64,000 bases of DNA from Candidatus Hydrogenedentota bacterium (GCA_963668025.2 CAXXTH010000010.1:768001-832000), one strand, 5' to 3'; positions 40,030 to 50,993 are shown, counted from the first letter of the stretch. Program-made: numbers and translations. The notes: generated by a model not told the origin, from the letters alone.

Positions 40030-41280
40030 TCAGGTTTTACTATCTTCTGTAACAACCTCCACGACTTGCACAATGGGGGGTGGGATAACGGCATTCGCCT
40101 TTACCGTTCTCTGGGAGAACACTTCGCTCCAATCAATGTGGGCGGTCACTTTCATCAATACCGCCAAAGTCACCACGGAACCGATAGCTACGGTCAGGCC
40201 TGTTATCCCCTTCAGGAAGAAACTGTAGGAGAACAGGACCAAAAAGAACACTTGGCCTGCCGCCGCGACTTTCCAGGGAAACTTTCCCTTCAGCGCCGTC
40301 GAAAGATAGCTCGTCACCAGGGCAACCGAGACAATCGCCGAGATTACGAAGGCGAGATGGGTGTTGACCAAGCCGGCCATATAGGCGAGCAGCAGGTGAA
40401 ACGCAAAGAATCCGGCTGCTACAAAGAGGTAATGCATGGGGTGGATGTCCACTTTGTACAGGATGTTGATGGTGGCCACCAAGACGAAGAAGAAAATAAG
40501 GCACACCGGCGCAAAGAAGGTGATGCGAGAGATCAATGGCCCTGGATTCAGCTTTTCCGGGATAATGACGCCGATGTCCTGCCGGGTGATCAAGTCCGTC
40601 GCTTGCCAGGCAAGCATCATCCCGTTTCCAGCATGCCCGGACGACATGGGTGACAAACTGCCGTCTGGATAATCCACCTTCCGAAAGTCGGTTTGCACCG
40701 TCAAGTCGAGATTCTGAACGCGGCCCACGTCTTGAGGCATCAAGTACCGCCACTCCCGAATACCCCGGGTGGTGTAGCAGACACGGAAATCCGTACTTTG
40801 TCCCGGAGCCAGTTCGACCATCTCATTAGCGCCTTCCTGCGGGTTAATGGGAGAGGCCAACTGCTCGTTGTTGAGGGATAGGACGAAATCGTCGTATGTC
40901 CCGTTGGTGGCTGGAAAATCGAAGTGGATGCGGATCTTCTGCGCCACCGCTTCGTTATTGGTGATCGTGTATGTTCCGTCAAACGCGCAAACATAGGTCG
41001 GGTGCCAGATAAGCCCCTTTTTCCGGTAATCCGTCTTGAGGTCCACCTTGATCAGGTTCTTGGCGGGCATGACCGGGCGCACCCGTTCACTGCCCGGAAT
41101 CTCCGCGGTTACCGACGGCGTTTTCTGGCCGAGTGGAGCGCCCCACATCTCCTCGACCATAGGCCCCAGACGCCCATGAAACTTGCCCGTTCTCATGGTA
41201 GTGGCGACGCCAAGGGTCCACCACCCCGCACAGGCGAGTAGAAATATGATTCCTACTGCGATGAACCTTTTCACACTCAT
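40030..41280 (-). CDS. CreD-family inner membrane protein
   Basis: N-terminal TM, periplasmic domain, IHPMHY...FHLLLAY, six C-terminal TMs ending TAHIDW. Confidence 0.75.
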   Translation of the reverse strand: MSVKRFIAVGIIFLLACAGWWTLGVATTMRTGKFHGRLGPMVEEMWGAPLGQKTPSVTAEIPGSERVRPVMPAKNLIKVDLKTDYRKKGLIWHPTYVCAFDGTYTITNNEAVAQKIRIHFDFPATNGTYDDFVLSLNNEQLASPINPQEGANEMVELAPGQSTDFRVCYTTRGIREWRYLMPQDVGRVQNLDLTVQTDFRKVDYPDGSLSPMSSGHAGNGMMLAWQATDLITRQDIGVIIPEKLNPGPLISRITFFAPVCLIFFFVLVATINILYKVDIHPMHYLFVAAGFFAFHLLLAYMAGLVNTHLAFVISAIVSVALVTSYLSTALKGKFPWKVAAAGQVFFLVLFSYSFFLKGITGLTVAIGSVVTLAVLMKVTAHIDWSEVFSQRTVKANAVIPPPIVQVVEVVTEDSKT

Positions 41281-42932
41281 TGGGCAGTTTCCTTTCCTTC
41301 CACGTTGTTCAAGGGTTCCTTGTACGATATCGCCAATTTCATCTCCTCGCCATTGTGGAATGCGCGTGAGAAGAAGTATTGTTTGCCGACAAATTCCGCC
41401 GGAAGCTGGTCGGCCTGTCCTGGCGCCGGACTGACTGGCCCCTCGAGAGAGAGGAGTTCGACGCGCGCGGGCAGCGCTATGCCGACATACACATTCTGGG
41501 ACGGCAGGCCTGTCTCGGGAACGGCCAGGTCAAGCCGTCCCTGGAGGGCCAGCTTGGGGCCTTTTCTAAGAAAGGCGAATTCCACATGGGACGGTTCGTT
41601 GCCGGCCAACGGAATGATCCATGCGCCCTGGCCATCGGAGTAGACATCCCGCTTCACGTTATTTACCGAGAGCGACCAGATCTCGCCGTCCGGAATCGCT
41701 TTCATCCGCAAGCGCGGGCCCACTTCGGGGGCTACGTCCATGACAAGAATCGAAAGAATATTCCCGTTTTCCTCGAATGAACTGAAGAAGCGCAAACTAT
41801 CGAGCACGGCAGTAGGCGCTTGGATGGGTTGAAGCCGCGTAAGCGTCAGCTCCACCGGCTCATTTGGCGGAATGCCCGAATAGGTCCGGTTTCCCTCCAC
41901 GCTCTTGCTCAAGACTTCCCCAAGCCGTTCGGTGGGAATCTGCGACACCAACCCATTGGCCGCCACCGTGGCCTGCCCGTTTTCAGGCTCTTGAACCACG
42001 AGACGCCCCTGCTGTCCCGTATTGCCCACGATTACGGGGAGTAAAAAAGATACGTTACCGGAGTCCGGTGGCATTTCCAGCGAAAACTCGATGGAGAACA
42101 CTCCTTGCTCGTTCTGGGGCACGTTGAGTTCATACTGATTATTCTCCAAGCTCCGGATCCAGGAGGACTTCAGGGATGACGAGATATACTTGGCATTCTC
42201 TGGCGCTTGAAGCAGCACGGCGGTAGGCACGGCTCGAATGGGGTGAAAAAACGTGGTGATGAGCAAGCGGTTTTCCTGGAAGCTGAGACGGGAAATGGCA
42301 TCCATCTCGATCTCGGTGGCGGCGGCCACGCCTTGTATATCCACATAGCTCACCGTCAAACGCCGCGAGGCGGAAAGATGGTAGCTCCCGTCCGCGCTGG
42401 CCACGCCGGGTTCCTCGGCCAGCCGGCAGTTCGGCGGCAGTGTCAGCTCTAGGGAGTTTTGAACCGCGGGCGGTATGCTGAACGATATGACACGCGATTC
42501 GATGTCTTCCTGAGGCCGCACCATAAAGGCGGCCGTGAGCTGAAATTCCGGCACGCTCCGGTCGGGAAAAAACGACATGCCGCTTTCATCTTGCGCCGCG
42601 AGGATCGTTCCTCCCGCCACGTTGGTTATCTGGGTAATCACCACTTCCGGGCTGAACAGCGGAATCGCTTCCGCCTCGCCCGAAATCACTTTTCCGGAAA
42701 GGAACACTTCGCCTTCCGCACTGGCGCTGCCGATCCGTAGTTTGTAACGCGCTTCATTAATCGAGTAGACCTGCGGCTCCTTGGCTGGCGCGGCGGCCTG
42801 CTCTGCAAGTTCCCTCTTAATACTCTCCCGGTAAAGATCCTTGAATTCGCTCCACGGGATGGATATCCCTTCATCCCCAAGCGCGCAAATGGATGCGGCT
42901 TGTACTATTATCAGCAGTGCGGCAACTTTCAT
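41277..42932 (-). CDS. Secreted hypothetical protein coupled to the CreD-family gene
   Basis: Signal peptide MKVAALLIIVQAASICA; ATGA overlap with the downstream gene. Confidence 0.7.
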   Translation of the reverse strand: MKVAALLIIVQAASICALGDEGISIPWSEFKDLYRESIKRELAEQAAAPAKEPQVYSINEARYKLRIGSASAEGEVFLSGKVISGEAEAIPLFSPEVVITQITNVAGGTILAAQDESGMSFFPDRSVPEFQLTAAFMVRPQEDIESRVISFSIPPAVQNSLELTLPPNCRLAEEPGVASADGSYHLSASRRLTVSYVDIQGVAAATEIEMDAISRLSFQENRLLITTFFHPIRAVPTAVLLQAPENAKYISSSLKSSWIRSLENNQYELNVPQNEQGVFSIEFSLEMPPDSGNVSFLLPVIVGNTGQQGRLVVQEPENGQATVAANGLVSQIPTERLGEVLSKSVEGNRTYSGIPPNEPVELTLTRLQPIQAPTAVLDSLRFFSSFEENGNILSILVMDVAPEVGPRLRMKAIPDGEIWSLSVNNVKRDVYSDGQGAWIIPLAGNEPSHVEFAFLRKGPKLALQGRLDLAVPETGLPSQNVYVGIALPARVELLSLEGPVSPAPGQADQLPAEFVGKQYFFSRAFHNGEEMKLAISYKEPLNNVEGKETAQ

Positions 42933-43576
42933 TTCGCGGTTCTCCTTGCTGCGGATTCCTACCCGCCAGATTAATGCGAATCTGTTTGACAACCTGCCCT
43001 CGTTTTTTCACACGGGACAGCGCACACGCGGCGTCATCTCCTTTCTCTTGAAAGACATCCTCATGACCCTGCCGCAGGCCATCTTCATCAATGTTCCTTC
43101 ACGTTGATTAACACTTTGTTTTGCAAAGCTTAAAGGCAAAATAAGTACGCCTTCTCTACGCGGCTGATAATCCCTTTATGCGCATATTGTCTCCTTGGGT
43201 ATGCTTTGCTTGTGCGGTGTTCTGAATCAGGCCATGCACGCCGTTATCGCGCACTGTTCTCCACCGTTATCTAGGGGCATTATACCACGAAGCTTTGTAA
43301 TGTCAAGTGCTTTTTTATACAATACTTTCGGCCATGCCCAAGTTGTAAAAGACACACAAATGCAATCTTTATATACAGCGAAGAGGCGCATAGTTCCCCG
43401 AGGATGGTGTGCATTGGCGAAACAAGGCTTTGCGCTGATATTGCATGGAACTCAGGTATAGAGAGTTGAGCGGATGGAGCATGGGCGAGCTGCACAGGCG
43501 TCGTGAGCCGTAAAAAATCCGCACGGACCTGCGCACCCAATAGAAGAACTGCTCGTCATTTGTTTATAGGCAAAAG

Positions 43577-44380
43577 CTAAACTTTCTCGATGTGCCCAGA
43601 TTTCTTGCGGTTGCGGTATGCGAGCCCCATCAATCCAAGACAGAAAAGGGATAATGTGGCCGGCTCAGGCACTACATATTTCACCGTGAGTGTAGCAGCG
43701 CCCAGGCCGAAAGAGCCCGCTTGTCCTGAGGCTACATAATCATAATGCCAATCGGTCACCATTCCCAGGCCGCCAATGGGATCAGGATGGGTGATGAACC
43801 AGGTGCTCATATACCACGCCGCGTTTTCACTAAAATGTAAACTGAGGTCAAGATCTCCATCCATAAGATAATTGTACGACTTATCCGTGCCCGAGCCCAG
43901 TGTCAATGATAGTCCATTCTGTTCATAATTCAAGACATACGAGCCATTTCCCTCAACATTAACCACATCGTTTAAGGAATCGGGATCAAACAGGGCGCCA
44001 TCATGGGTTGAATAATTATAATCGTCCTCATAGTAAGTGAAGTATGCATATCCTGTTGACGCATTTCCCAAAACGGTATTGACGACGCTGTCCGCTGTAT
44101 CGAAGTTCCATGCATTTATCGTCAAAACAGCCGACATAATCTCTGCATCCGGATGCGCCAAGAGCCAGGAATTGAGGTTGAAAGACCAGTATTGGTAGGG
44201 ATTTATGGGTGTTACAAATGGATTGGCGCCTGGCGTCCAATGGCTATTCGTAAAGGTCACCGTGTCTGCGCAAGCCGTACCCGAGAAAATCAACGCGCTC
44301 ATGAGAGCCACGCCAGCGATTGGATGCAGACGCCTCACGCGGTGTGGAGATGGCGCTTTTTCTGAAAACAGATTATTCAT
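43577..44380 (-). CDS. PEP-CTERM exosortase-substrate protein
   Basis: Signal peptide; C-terminal VPEPATLSLFCLGLMGLAYRNRKK. Confidence 0.92.
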   Translation of the reverse strand: MNNLFSEKAPSPHRVRRLHPIAGVALMSALIFSGTACADTVTFTNSHWTPGANPFVTPINPYQYWSFNLNSWLLAHPDAEIMSAVLTINAWNFDTADSVVNTVLGNASTGYAYFTYYEDDYNYSTHDGALFDPDSLNDVVNVEGNGSYVLNYEQNGLSLTLGSGTDKSYNYLMDGDLDLSLHFSENAAWYMSTWFITHPDPIGGLGMVTDWHYDYVASGQAGSFGLGAATLTVKYVVPEPATLSLFCLGLMGLAYRNRKKSGHIEKV

Positions 44381-44607
44381 GATGCTTCTCCCCTGTGGAT
44401 GGTGGAAACCAGTTCCGGAATAAGAGTAATGAAGGCATTCCGTTACCTCACGTGAGCACGTACCGTTGCACTAAAGCCGCACTATCGCTTCGTCCCGGGA
44501 GCGATAGCGTGGAATCGATACCTTATAAAGACACGATTGAGTGTTTGTGTGCGCAAACGAACGTTAAGTGAACAGCCCGATTGAAGTATAGCCCGACCTT
44601 GATACAC

Positions 44608-44624
44608 AGCATTTTTTATGCCAA
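44608..44624 (-). promoter_or_regulatory. sigma54 (-24/-12) promoter for the PEP-CTERM gene
   Basis: TTGGCATAAAAAATGCT on the minus strand, GG-N10-GC. Confidence 0.65.
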
Positions 44625-44951
44625 TAATAGGCAAATACCCCTAATGCATTATATTAAAATGAGTTATACGAATATAGAGAGTGGCAAAATCATTCACATA
44701 GAACAGAAGTTGTTCATCTTTGGCTAATGTTTTGATGTAAAAGCGGTAGGGTGGAGCTTGCTGCATCTTGCCTGCTGAAAATATTCATACGGGTAATCTA
44801 GTTGTCGTCGAGCATGGCCTGTGGTACATTGTGCTTGTACAAGATTGACTTGGACGCGATACCAGTCTGCTCAAGCAGGCGGGGTACTTTATGGAGCACG
44901 TTTCTGAGAATGCCGTGAGGAGACTGGCCAGCCACACGTCGCAGTAGATCA

Positions 44952-45629
44952 ATGGACTTGAACGTTGGCCGAGACATGAGGCTCATTCCGAAAAACAGCT
45001 ACGTTTTAGCGCTTGCGTTGGGGGCTTTCACCTCAGCGTACGTCAACTCTTTTTTCTTCTTCGCTGAGTGGTGGGCGGTTTCGCCACACGGATCAGATAT
45101 CGGGCTGTGGGTCGTCCTCTTTTTCATATTCCCGATGACCGCAGTAGTGTTGGCTTTCCTACCCGCAGTGCTACTGCTCGCCATCTTCAAGCGTACCCGC
45201 AAGCTGGCCTTGCACGCCATCGTATTTCTACTCGTCTACGTGGGGGGCGAGGTGATCTACATGCGGTCGGCGGAGCATCTGCGCATGCATACATTTTACC
45301 AACTCGCGGAGCGTAGCGCCCTGCTTATCGATGCGATTACCCGGTTCGAGACGGATCACGGGAAACCGCCATCAGAGTTGACGGAACTCGTGCCCGATTA
45401 TCTAACGGCCATACCGACCACAGGAATGAAAGCCTATCCCAAGTATCAGTACTTCGTGCCTGACAATGCCCAGCAGTTCGAAGGCAATTCTTGGGCACTA
45501 GTCGTTGATACTCCAAAGGCTGGTCTCAACTTTGACATGTTTATCTACTTTCCAAAAAAGAACTACCCAAAGTATGCGTATAGTTCATGGTTGGAGAGAA
45601 TCGGGGACTGGGCATATTGTCACGAATGA
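44952..45629 (+). CDS. Hypothetical membrane protein
   Basis: Three TM segments, then LIDAITRFETDHGKPPSELTELVPDYL. Confidence 0.7.
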   Translation: MDLNVGRDMRLIPKNSYVLALALGAFTSAYVNSFFFFAEWWAVSPHGSDIGLWVVLFFIFPMTAVVLAFLPAVLLLAIFKRTRKLALHAIVFLLVYVGGEVIYMRSAEHLRMHTFYQLAERSALLIDAITRFETDHGKPPSELTELVPDYLTAIPTTGMKAYPKYQYFVPDNAQQFEGNSWALVVDTPKAGLNFDMFIYFPKKNYPKYAYSSWLERIGDWAYCHE

Positions 45630-45729
45630 ACAGCAAACAACACTTTATGGCGAAGTGTAATAGGCTAAAGATACTATGACGAAACCAAGTAACTAGTATT
45701 ATGGCGCAGCAAATGAGTAGTACACAACC

Positions 45730-46581
45730 ATGCAGATCGCATTGGTGGATAATAGGAGAATCGAAGCGTTTCCGGGAGGTAGAGGTGTTTGCCCAATTTG
45801 TGGTTCGGATATGATATCTAAATGTGGTCCGCGTATAATGCATCATTGGGCACATCATAAGATTAAGAATTGTGATCCTTGGTGGGAGAATGAAACTCAA
45901 TGGCATCGTGATTGGAAAAACCAGTTTCCTCTAGAATGTCGAGAAGTATCACATATTGCTGACGATGGAGAGATACATAGGGCCGATATAAAGACCCCTA
46001 CGGGTATTGTTATTGAAATTCAACACTCAAGTATGACGGATTCTGAGAGAACATCTCGTGAAGAATTTTACCAGAATTTAGTCTGGGTTATTGATGGTTC
46101 AGGATTTAGAGAAAACTTTGATATTTACCACATGCTACCAAATCCAGATTCTGAGTTAGCTCAGGATCTGGTATGGGCTAAAGCCGAGCGGCATATGCAT
46201 GGAGCTAATCGGGGAATCTTCTTTCGGATTTCAGAAGCTCGCAAAGATGATCCCGCCATAACCAAAGCGACACTTTATGGTGGTGAGGTGCATGGAATTC
46301 ATGAAATAGAAGAAGAATTAAATCTATCTTATAACGGCTACCACCAATATGATTGGATACGTCCCCGAAAAACGTGGCTGGATGCACGTTGTCCTGTGTA
46401 CATTGACTTTGGCGATGAATGTCTTGTTAAGCTGGATGTCTACGATTCATCGGAGTTGAAATGCGTCAGACTTGTCTCAAGAAGGAAATTCTTGCACGAC
46501 GTTATGGTAGAGAGGGTTGCAGGGAATATCGCTACACGGTTTTTACCCAATTGGCAGCAATCTGGCCCAATAAAAAGGTGA
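45730..46581 (+). CDS. CoiA-like PD-(D/E)XK nuclease family protein
   Basis: CPICG...HHWAHH...C zinc motif, ETQWH, HRADI, IEIQHS. Confidence 0.85.
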   Translation: MQIALVDNRRIEAFPGGRGVCPICGSDMISKCGPRIMHHWAHHKIKNCDPWWENETQWHRDWKNQFPLECREVSHIADDGEIHRADIKTPTGIVIEIQHSSMTDSERTSREEFYQNLVWVIDGSGFRENFDIYHMLPNPDSELAQDLVWAKAERHMHGANRGIFFRISEARKDDPAITKATLYGGEVHGIHEIEEELNLSYNGYHQYDWIRPRKTWLDARCPVYIDFGDECLVKLDVYDSSELKCVRLVSRRKFLHDVMVERVAGNIATRFLPNWQQSGPIKR

Positions 46582-46624
46582 ATTCGAGAAAGATAACCAA
46601 AAGTAACCATGAGGCAGGAAGCAC

Positions 46625-47458
46625 ATGAGACTAGGCGGACCAATATTCAACAAAACTGAGAGTCCAGAATCGTGGATCTCGACCGTGCGCGCCGCAGGGT
46701 ATCGGGCGGCGTATTGCCCCGTCGCGCCGGATGCGGATGACGATACGGTCAACGCTTATGCCGGGGCGGCGCGCAATGCCGATATCGTCATCGCGGAAGT
46801 GGGCGCATGGAGCAATCCGATGAGCCCCGACGCGGCGACGGCGAAGGCGGCGCTCGATTGGTGTATTGCGTCGCTCGCGTTGGCGGACCGGATCGGTGCG
46901 TGCTGTTGTGTGAACATCGCGGGCTCTTGCGGCGAGAAATGGGACGGGCCGGATGCGGCGGACTTGACGGATGCCACGTTCGACCGGATCGTTGAGGTGG
47001 TTCGGACGATCATCGATGCGGTCAAGCCCACCCGAACGTTTTACGCGCTGGAAACGATGCAGTGGATGTATCCGGATTCACCCGACTGCTATCTCAGGTT
47101 TATCAAGGCCATTGATCGCCAAGCGTTCGCCGTCCACCTCGACCCCGTGAACCTTGTGTGCAGTCCACAGCGCTATTTCGCCACTGGCCCGCTGATAGAG
47201 GAGTGCTTCGCCAAGCTGGGGGCGCATATCAAGTCTTGCCATGCGAAGGACATCCTGTTGGGAACGAACGCGACGGTGCATCTCGACGAAGCCAGGCCGG
47301 GACTCGGCAATCTCGATTACCGGACGTTCTTGAGGGAGTTGAATCGACTGCCTGCGGATGTTCCGCTGATGCTTGAACACCTGCCCAACGAGGAGGAGTA
47401 CCGTGTGGCAGCCACGCATATACGGACTGTCGCCCAACAGGAGGGAATCACGCTGTGA
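46625..47458 (+). CDS. Sugar phosphate isomerase/epimerase (xylose isomerase-like TIM barrel)
   Basis: ALETM, HLDPVN, CHAKD, LMLEH metal ligands. Confidence 0.88.
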   Translation: MRLGGPIFNKTESPESWISTVRAAGYRAAYCPVAPDADDDTVNAYAGAARNADIVIAEVGAWSNPMSPDAATAKAALDWCIASLALADRIGACCCVNIAGSCGEKWDGPDAADLTDATFDRIVEVVRTIIDAVKPTRTFYALETMQWMYPDSPDCYLRFIKAIDRQAFAVHLDPVNLVCSPQRYFATGPLIEECFAKLGAHIKSCHAKDILLGTNATVHLDEARPGLGNLDYRTFLRELNRLPADVPLMLEHLPNEEEYRVAATHIRTVAQQEGITL

Positions 47459-48429
47459 AGCACTGTGCTATCTCCATCACCGCCAAGGAATGCGCCGCGC
47501 TTGTGGATGTTGCGGAGCCTGGCGCTTTAGGCGCTCACGAGGTTCGAGGAAAAACCGTTTGTACGCTCATCAGTCCGGGAACCGAATTGGCGGGCGTATA
47601 CACGGGGGCGTCCTTTCCAGCCTTTCCGGGGTATGCGGCGGTTTTCGAGGCTGAAGAGATCGGGGCCGATGTGAAAGGCGTGCCGGTGGGCGGCATCTAT
47701 TTTTGCATGGGGCCGCACCGCAGTTACCAGCAAGTCGATGCTTGTGCGGCGCATCCGGTTCCCGAGGGCTTGCCGCCAGAAAAGGCCGTACTCGCGCGTC
47801 TGATGGGTGTTCCGATGACGACCCTGATGACTACCGCCGCGCGTCCCGGCGATAGGGTCATGGTTTCCGGCGCTGGGCCGGTGGGATTTCTGGCTGCACA
47901 AGTGTTTGCGCTGTCTGGATACGAAGTCCTGGTGGTGGAACCCGATGATGCGCGCAGGCGTCAAGTCGAGCAATCCGGCATCTCCACCGTGTACCCAAAA
48001 GCGCCTTGCGAGGATGCGGATGTCGCGGGCACGGTGGCGCTGGTGGTGGAATGCTCCGGACACGAGCAGGCCGCACTGGATGCGTGCCGGATGGTGAGGA
48101 AACGGGGGGAAGTCGTGCTGGTCGGCGTCCCCTGGCGGCGGCAGACGGATGTGTACGCCCACGAACTGCTATCCGCCGTCTTTCACAAGTATGCCGTGTT
48201 GCGCAGCGGATGGGAGTGGGAACTCCCGCATTATCCCGCCGATTTTAACCCGCACAGCATCCACTCCAATTTCGACACGGCGCTCCGCTGGCTGGCGTCC
48301 GGACGCATCGCCGTTGACGGCTTGAGCACAATGGTAGACCCCCGCGCCGCCCAGTCCGCCTACCAAGGTTTACTGCACAAACGAGCCCAAGGATTGTTCT
48401 CGGTGTTCGATTGGAGGTTGATCGCATAA
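47455..48429 (+). CDS. MDR-family (zinc-type) alcohol dehydrogenase-like protein
   Basis: LISPGTE, FPGYAAV, GAGPVG, VVECSG. Confidence 0.85.
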   Translation: MKHCAISITAKECAALVDVAEPGALGAHEVRGKTVCTLISPGTELAGVYTGASFPAFPGYAAVFEAEEIGADVKGVPVGGIYFCMGPHRSYQQVDACAAHPVPEGLPPEKAVLARLMGVPMTTLMTTAARPGDRVMVSGAGPVGFLAAQVFALSGYEVLVVEPDDARRRQVEQSGISTVYPKAPCEDADVAGTVALVVECSGHEQAALDACRMVRKRGEVVLVGVPWRRQTDVYAHELLSAVFHKYAVLRSGWEWELPHYPADFNPHSIHSNFDTALRWLASGRIAVDGLSTMVDPRAAQSAYQGLLHKRAQGLFSVFDWRLIA

Positions 48430-48557
48430 AGCGTTTCAAAATTGGATGTAGCCAAATGGTGGGCTTTCTCTCCCGTGGCATGGCCGTCCCGGCCATGCGC
48501 ATGGGCGAGACGCCCATGCTACGAGAATTAAAGGAGGCTTGGCGCTTTGGCGATTGT

Positions 48558-48920
48558 GCAGTCTTGCATTGGTCGACGTCGATTCACCTATGCCAAGCGG
48601 GCATGTGCCGAAGGCACAATCGACCACAGCCCAGGGCCGGCCGCAGCCAGGAGGGCAAGGGAGCCTCTGGGAAAAGACTTGAACGCAGAGGCGCTGAGGA
48701 CGCTGAGCTTCGCGGAGTAGGCCTCCCTCCGCGAAACTCCGCGTCCTCAGCGCCTCTGCGATGTTCTGTAATGCGATAATAACATGCAATGAATGACTTT
48801 TGGGATGTCCTTTCAGGAAAATTCTTGGGGGGGGGCGCTCATACCCAGGGGATCCCTTGCCCTTCGGGCGGCGGTCGGCCCTGGGCTGTGTTGGGATGTC
48901 CCTTCGGGACACACGCTACA
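48558..48920. repeat. Composite MITE-like repeat; pieces recur at 50860-50925 and 51267-51340
   Basis: GTCTTGC..TGGTCG.CGTCGATTC.C.TATGCCAAGCGGGCATGT and CCCAGGG...GGGCGGCGGTCGGCCCTGGGCTGTG...GTCCCTTCGGGACAC each present twice. Confidence 0.7.
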
Positions 48921-49127
48921 GTCTTTTGTGTTTCCCGTAGGGTGGCGCTTGCCCCCGTTTGGGCTGAAAACCTTGAACTGGTACATGGGATAGACGATGC
49001 ATCCTGGCTGACGGAATACCTCAAGATGGAGCAAATCGGCTCGATTTATTAGGCGGATGAGTATTGGTCTTGCTGTTACATCATGCGTGTGCCAGCCTGG
49101 ACGCACCCCAAACAGAAAGGGTACGAA

Positions 49128-50840
49128 ATGGGAAATACACTCAGCGCTCTGATGGCAAGAGGCAAAAGGTTGTTCGGAAGGCATACCGAGGGAGGGCTTT
49201 CGCCTAATGAGGAGAAGGCCCGGTTCGCCAAGATATTGAAGGCGGCGGAAACCGGAGACGCTGAGGCGCAAGCTGAGGCAAGCCTCATGTACATGGAGGG
49301 GAAAGGGATTCCGCAGGATTACGAAGAGGCCATACGGTGGATGTGCAAAGCCGAGGCAAACGGATGTTTCACCGCGCGAATATACCTTGCCGCGGATTGC
49401 CTGAGCGATGAACTCGATGCTTTCCGAATATTCATGCCAGCATTGAAGTTTCTTCCTGGCCTGGCGGAGCAAGGAGATCCAGATGCTCAGTATTGGCATG
49501 GTTTTAGGACATTTGTTTGTGCAAACCGCCCTGACGGCGGATGCACTGAAGACAGAGACAAAGCACTCTATTGGATCCGCAAAGCGGCCGAGGGAGGATG
49601 TACTCAGGCGCAAGCGTTTCTCGGCTCTCTATATGCACGAGGCAAGCATGTTCCACGAGATTATGAAGAAGCGATGAGATGGTTTCTAAAAGCGGCGGAA
49701 CAGAGCAACGATGACGCCAGATTTAACATAGGCCTGATGTATCTTGTGGGCGATGGCGTTACCCAGGATGCAACCACGGCCATGAGTTGGTTCGACAGAG
49801 TTTCTAAACGGCAGAGGCATAAATGTTACTGGTTTCACATGGGAGATTTGTATTCCGAAGGAGCACGGCTACCGCAGAACGACGAAAAAGCAATGTATTG
49901 GTATACTAGGGCGGCGGAGGACGGGGACGATAACGCTCAGCTTAAGCTCGGCCTTATGTATGCGGAAGGCGCTCGTGTCCCCCAAAATGCGGAGATGGCC
50001 ATCAAGTGGTTCCGCAAAGCGGCAAAACAGGGTGAAGGGATTGCGTTCTGCCATATCGGCGCCATGTATGAAAACGGCATCGGTGTTCCGCAAAGCTATT
50101 CTAAAGCGTTGAAATATTACGGTAAGGCGGATTGGCATCCCAAGGCGATGAGCCAGATGGGATACCTGTATGCCACCGGCTTGGGGGTGCGCCGCAACTA
50201 TAAAAGGGCGCTGAGATGGTATTGTGCACCGAAGATTGCGCCGGAGATTGAAGTACAAAGAGATAGATACGAATTATCTGAGTTTTGTGCGGCTTCCTTC
50301 TATTTGAATGGCTTGGGTGTTGCGCAAAATGACAAAGAGGCATTCCGCTGGTACCGCCAAGCGGCCGAAAAAGGGTTCGCTTTGGCGCAGTTCTGCGTAG
50401 GCTCCATGTATTTCAGCGGCCGTGGCGTTTCCCAGGACTATGAAGAGGCGCTTTCTTGGTATCGCAAGGCCGCTGAACAAGACCTCGCGTTGGCGAAACT
50501 GCATATAGGTTATATTTATTATATGGGCTTGGGTGTTCCGGAAGACAAAGCCGAAGCCACGAAATGGTTCCGGTCGGCCATAGAGGGAAAGAAGGATCTT
50601 CAGAAACCCGCAGCGATATTAGCTCCAAGCCAAGGCATCCCCGATGTATGCCTGAACGCGCTCAGAGTGCTAAACCGTTTTTCATTCTCCGACATACCGG
50701 AGCTGGCAAATGAAATAGATGACGAATTTTGGATGACCGAGTATCTCAAAATGGAGCAAATTCACTCGATCCATTGGGCGGATGAATATTGGGCTTGCCA
50801 TTCCATGTTGGAGATGCCAAGCGAGGGTCCTTTTGACTAG
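49128..50840 (+). CDS. Sel1-like repeat (SLR) protein
   Basis: Multiple AQ..LG.MY..G.GV.QD..EA..W..KAAEQG repeats. Confidence 0.95.
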   Translation: MGNTLSALMARGKRLFGRHTEGGLSPNEEKARFAKILKAAETGDAEAQAEASLMYMEGKGIPQDYEEAIRWMCKAEANGCFTARIYLAADCLSDELDAFRIFMPALKFLPGLAEQGDPDAQYWHGFRTFVCANRPDGGCTEDRDKALYWIRKAAEGGCTQAQAFLGSLYARGKHVPRDYEEAMRWFLKAAEQSNDDARFNIGLMYLVGDGVTQDATTAMSWFDRVSKRQRHKCYWFHMGDLYSEGARLPQNDEKAMYWYTRAAEDGDDNAQLKLGLMYAEGARVPQNAEMAIKWFRKAAKQGEGIAFCHIGAMYENGIGVPQSYSKALKYYGKADWHPKAMSQMGYLYATGLGVRRNYKRALRWYCAPKIAPEIEVQRDRYELSEFCAASFYLNGLGVAQNDKEAFRWYRQAAEKGFALAQFCVGSMYFSGRGVSQDYEEALSWYRKAAEQDLALAKLHIGYIYYMGLGVPEDKAEATKWFRSAIEGKKDLQKPAAILAPSQGIPDVCLNALRVLNRFSFSDIPELANEIDDEFWMTEYLKMEQIHSIHWADEYWACHSMLEMPSEGPFD

Positions 50841-50993
50841 ACATATTCCAAACGATGGCGCAAGTCTTGCGCTGGTCGCCGTCGATTCGCTTATGCCAAG
50901 CGGGCATGTCTCTTCGGGACACACGCCACGGTCTTTTATGTAGAAGCTACAGAGTCGTTGTGCTGTCAAAAAAATCTGAAAGGGAGAAGAGAG

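Noticed and set aside
43210-43460. Possible IS end relics (...GAATCAGG and ...GAACTCAGG)
   Set aside because: Too short, same orientation, no transposase remnant
48972-50825. DGR template/variable repeat pair around the Sel1 gene
   Set aside because: Mismatches are not adenine-specific, many are synonymous third-position changes, and there is no reverse transcriptase in the window
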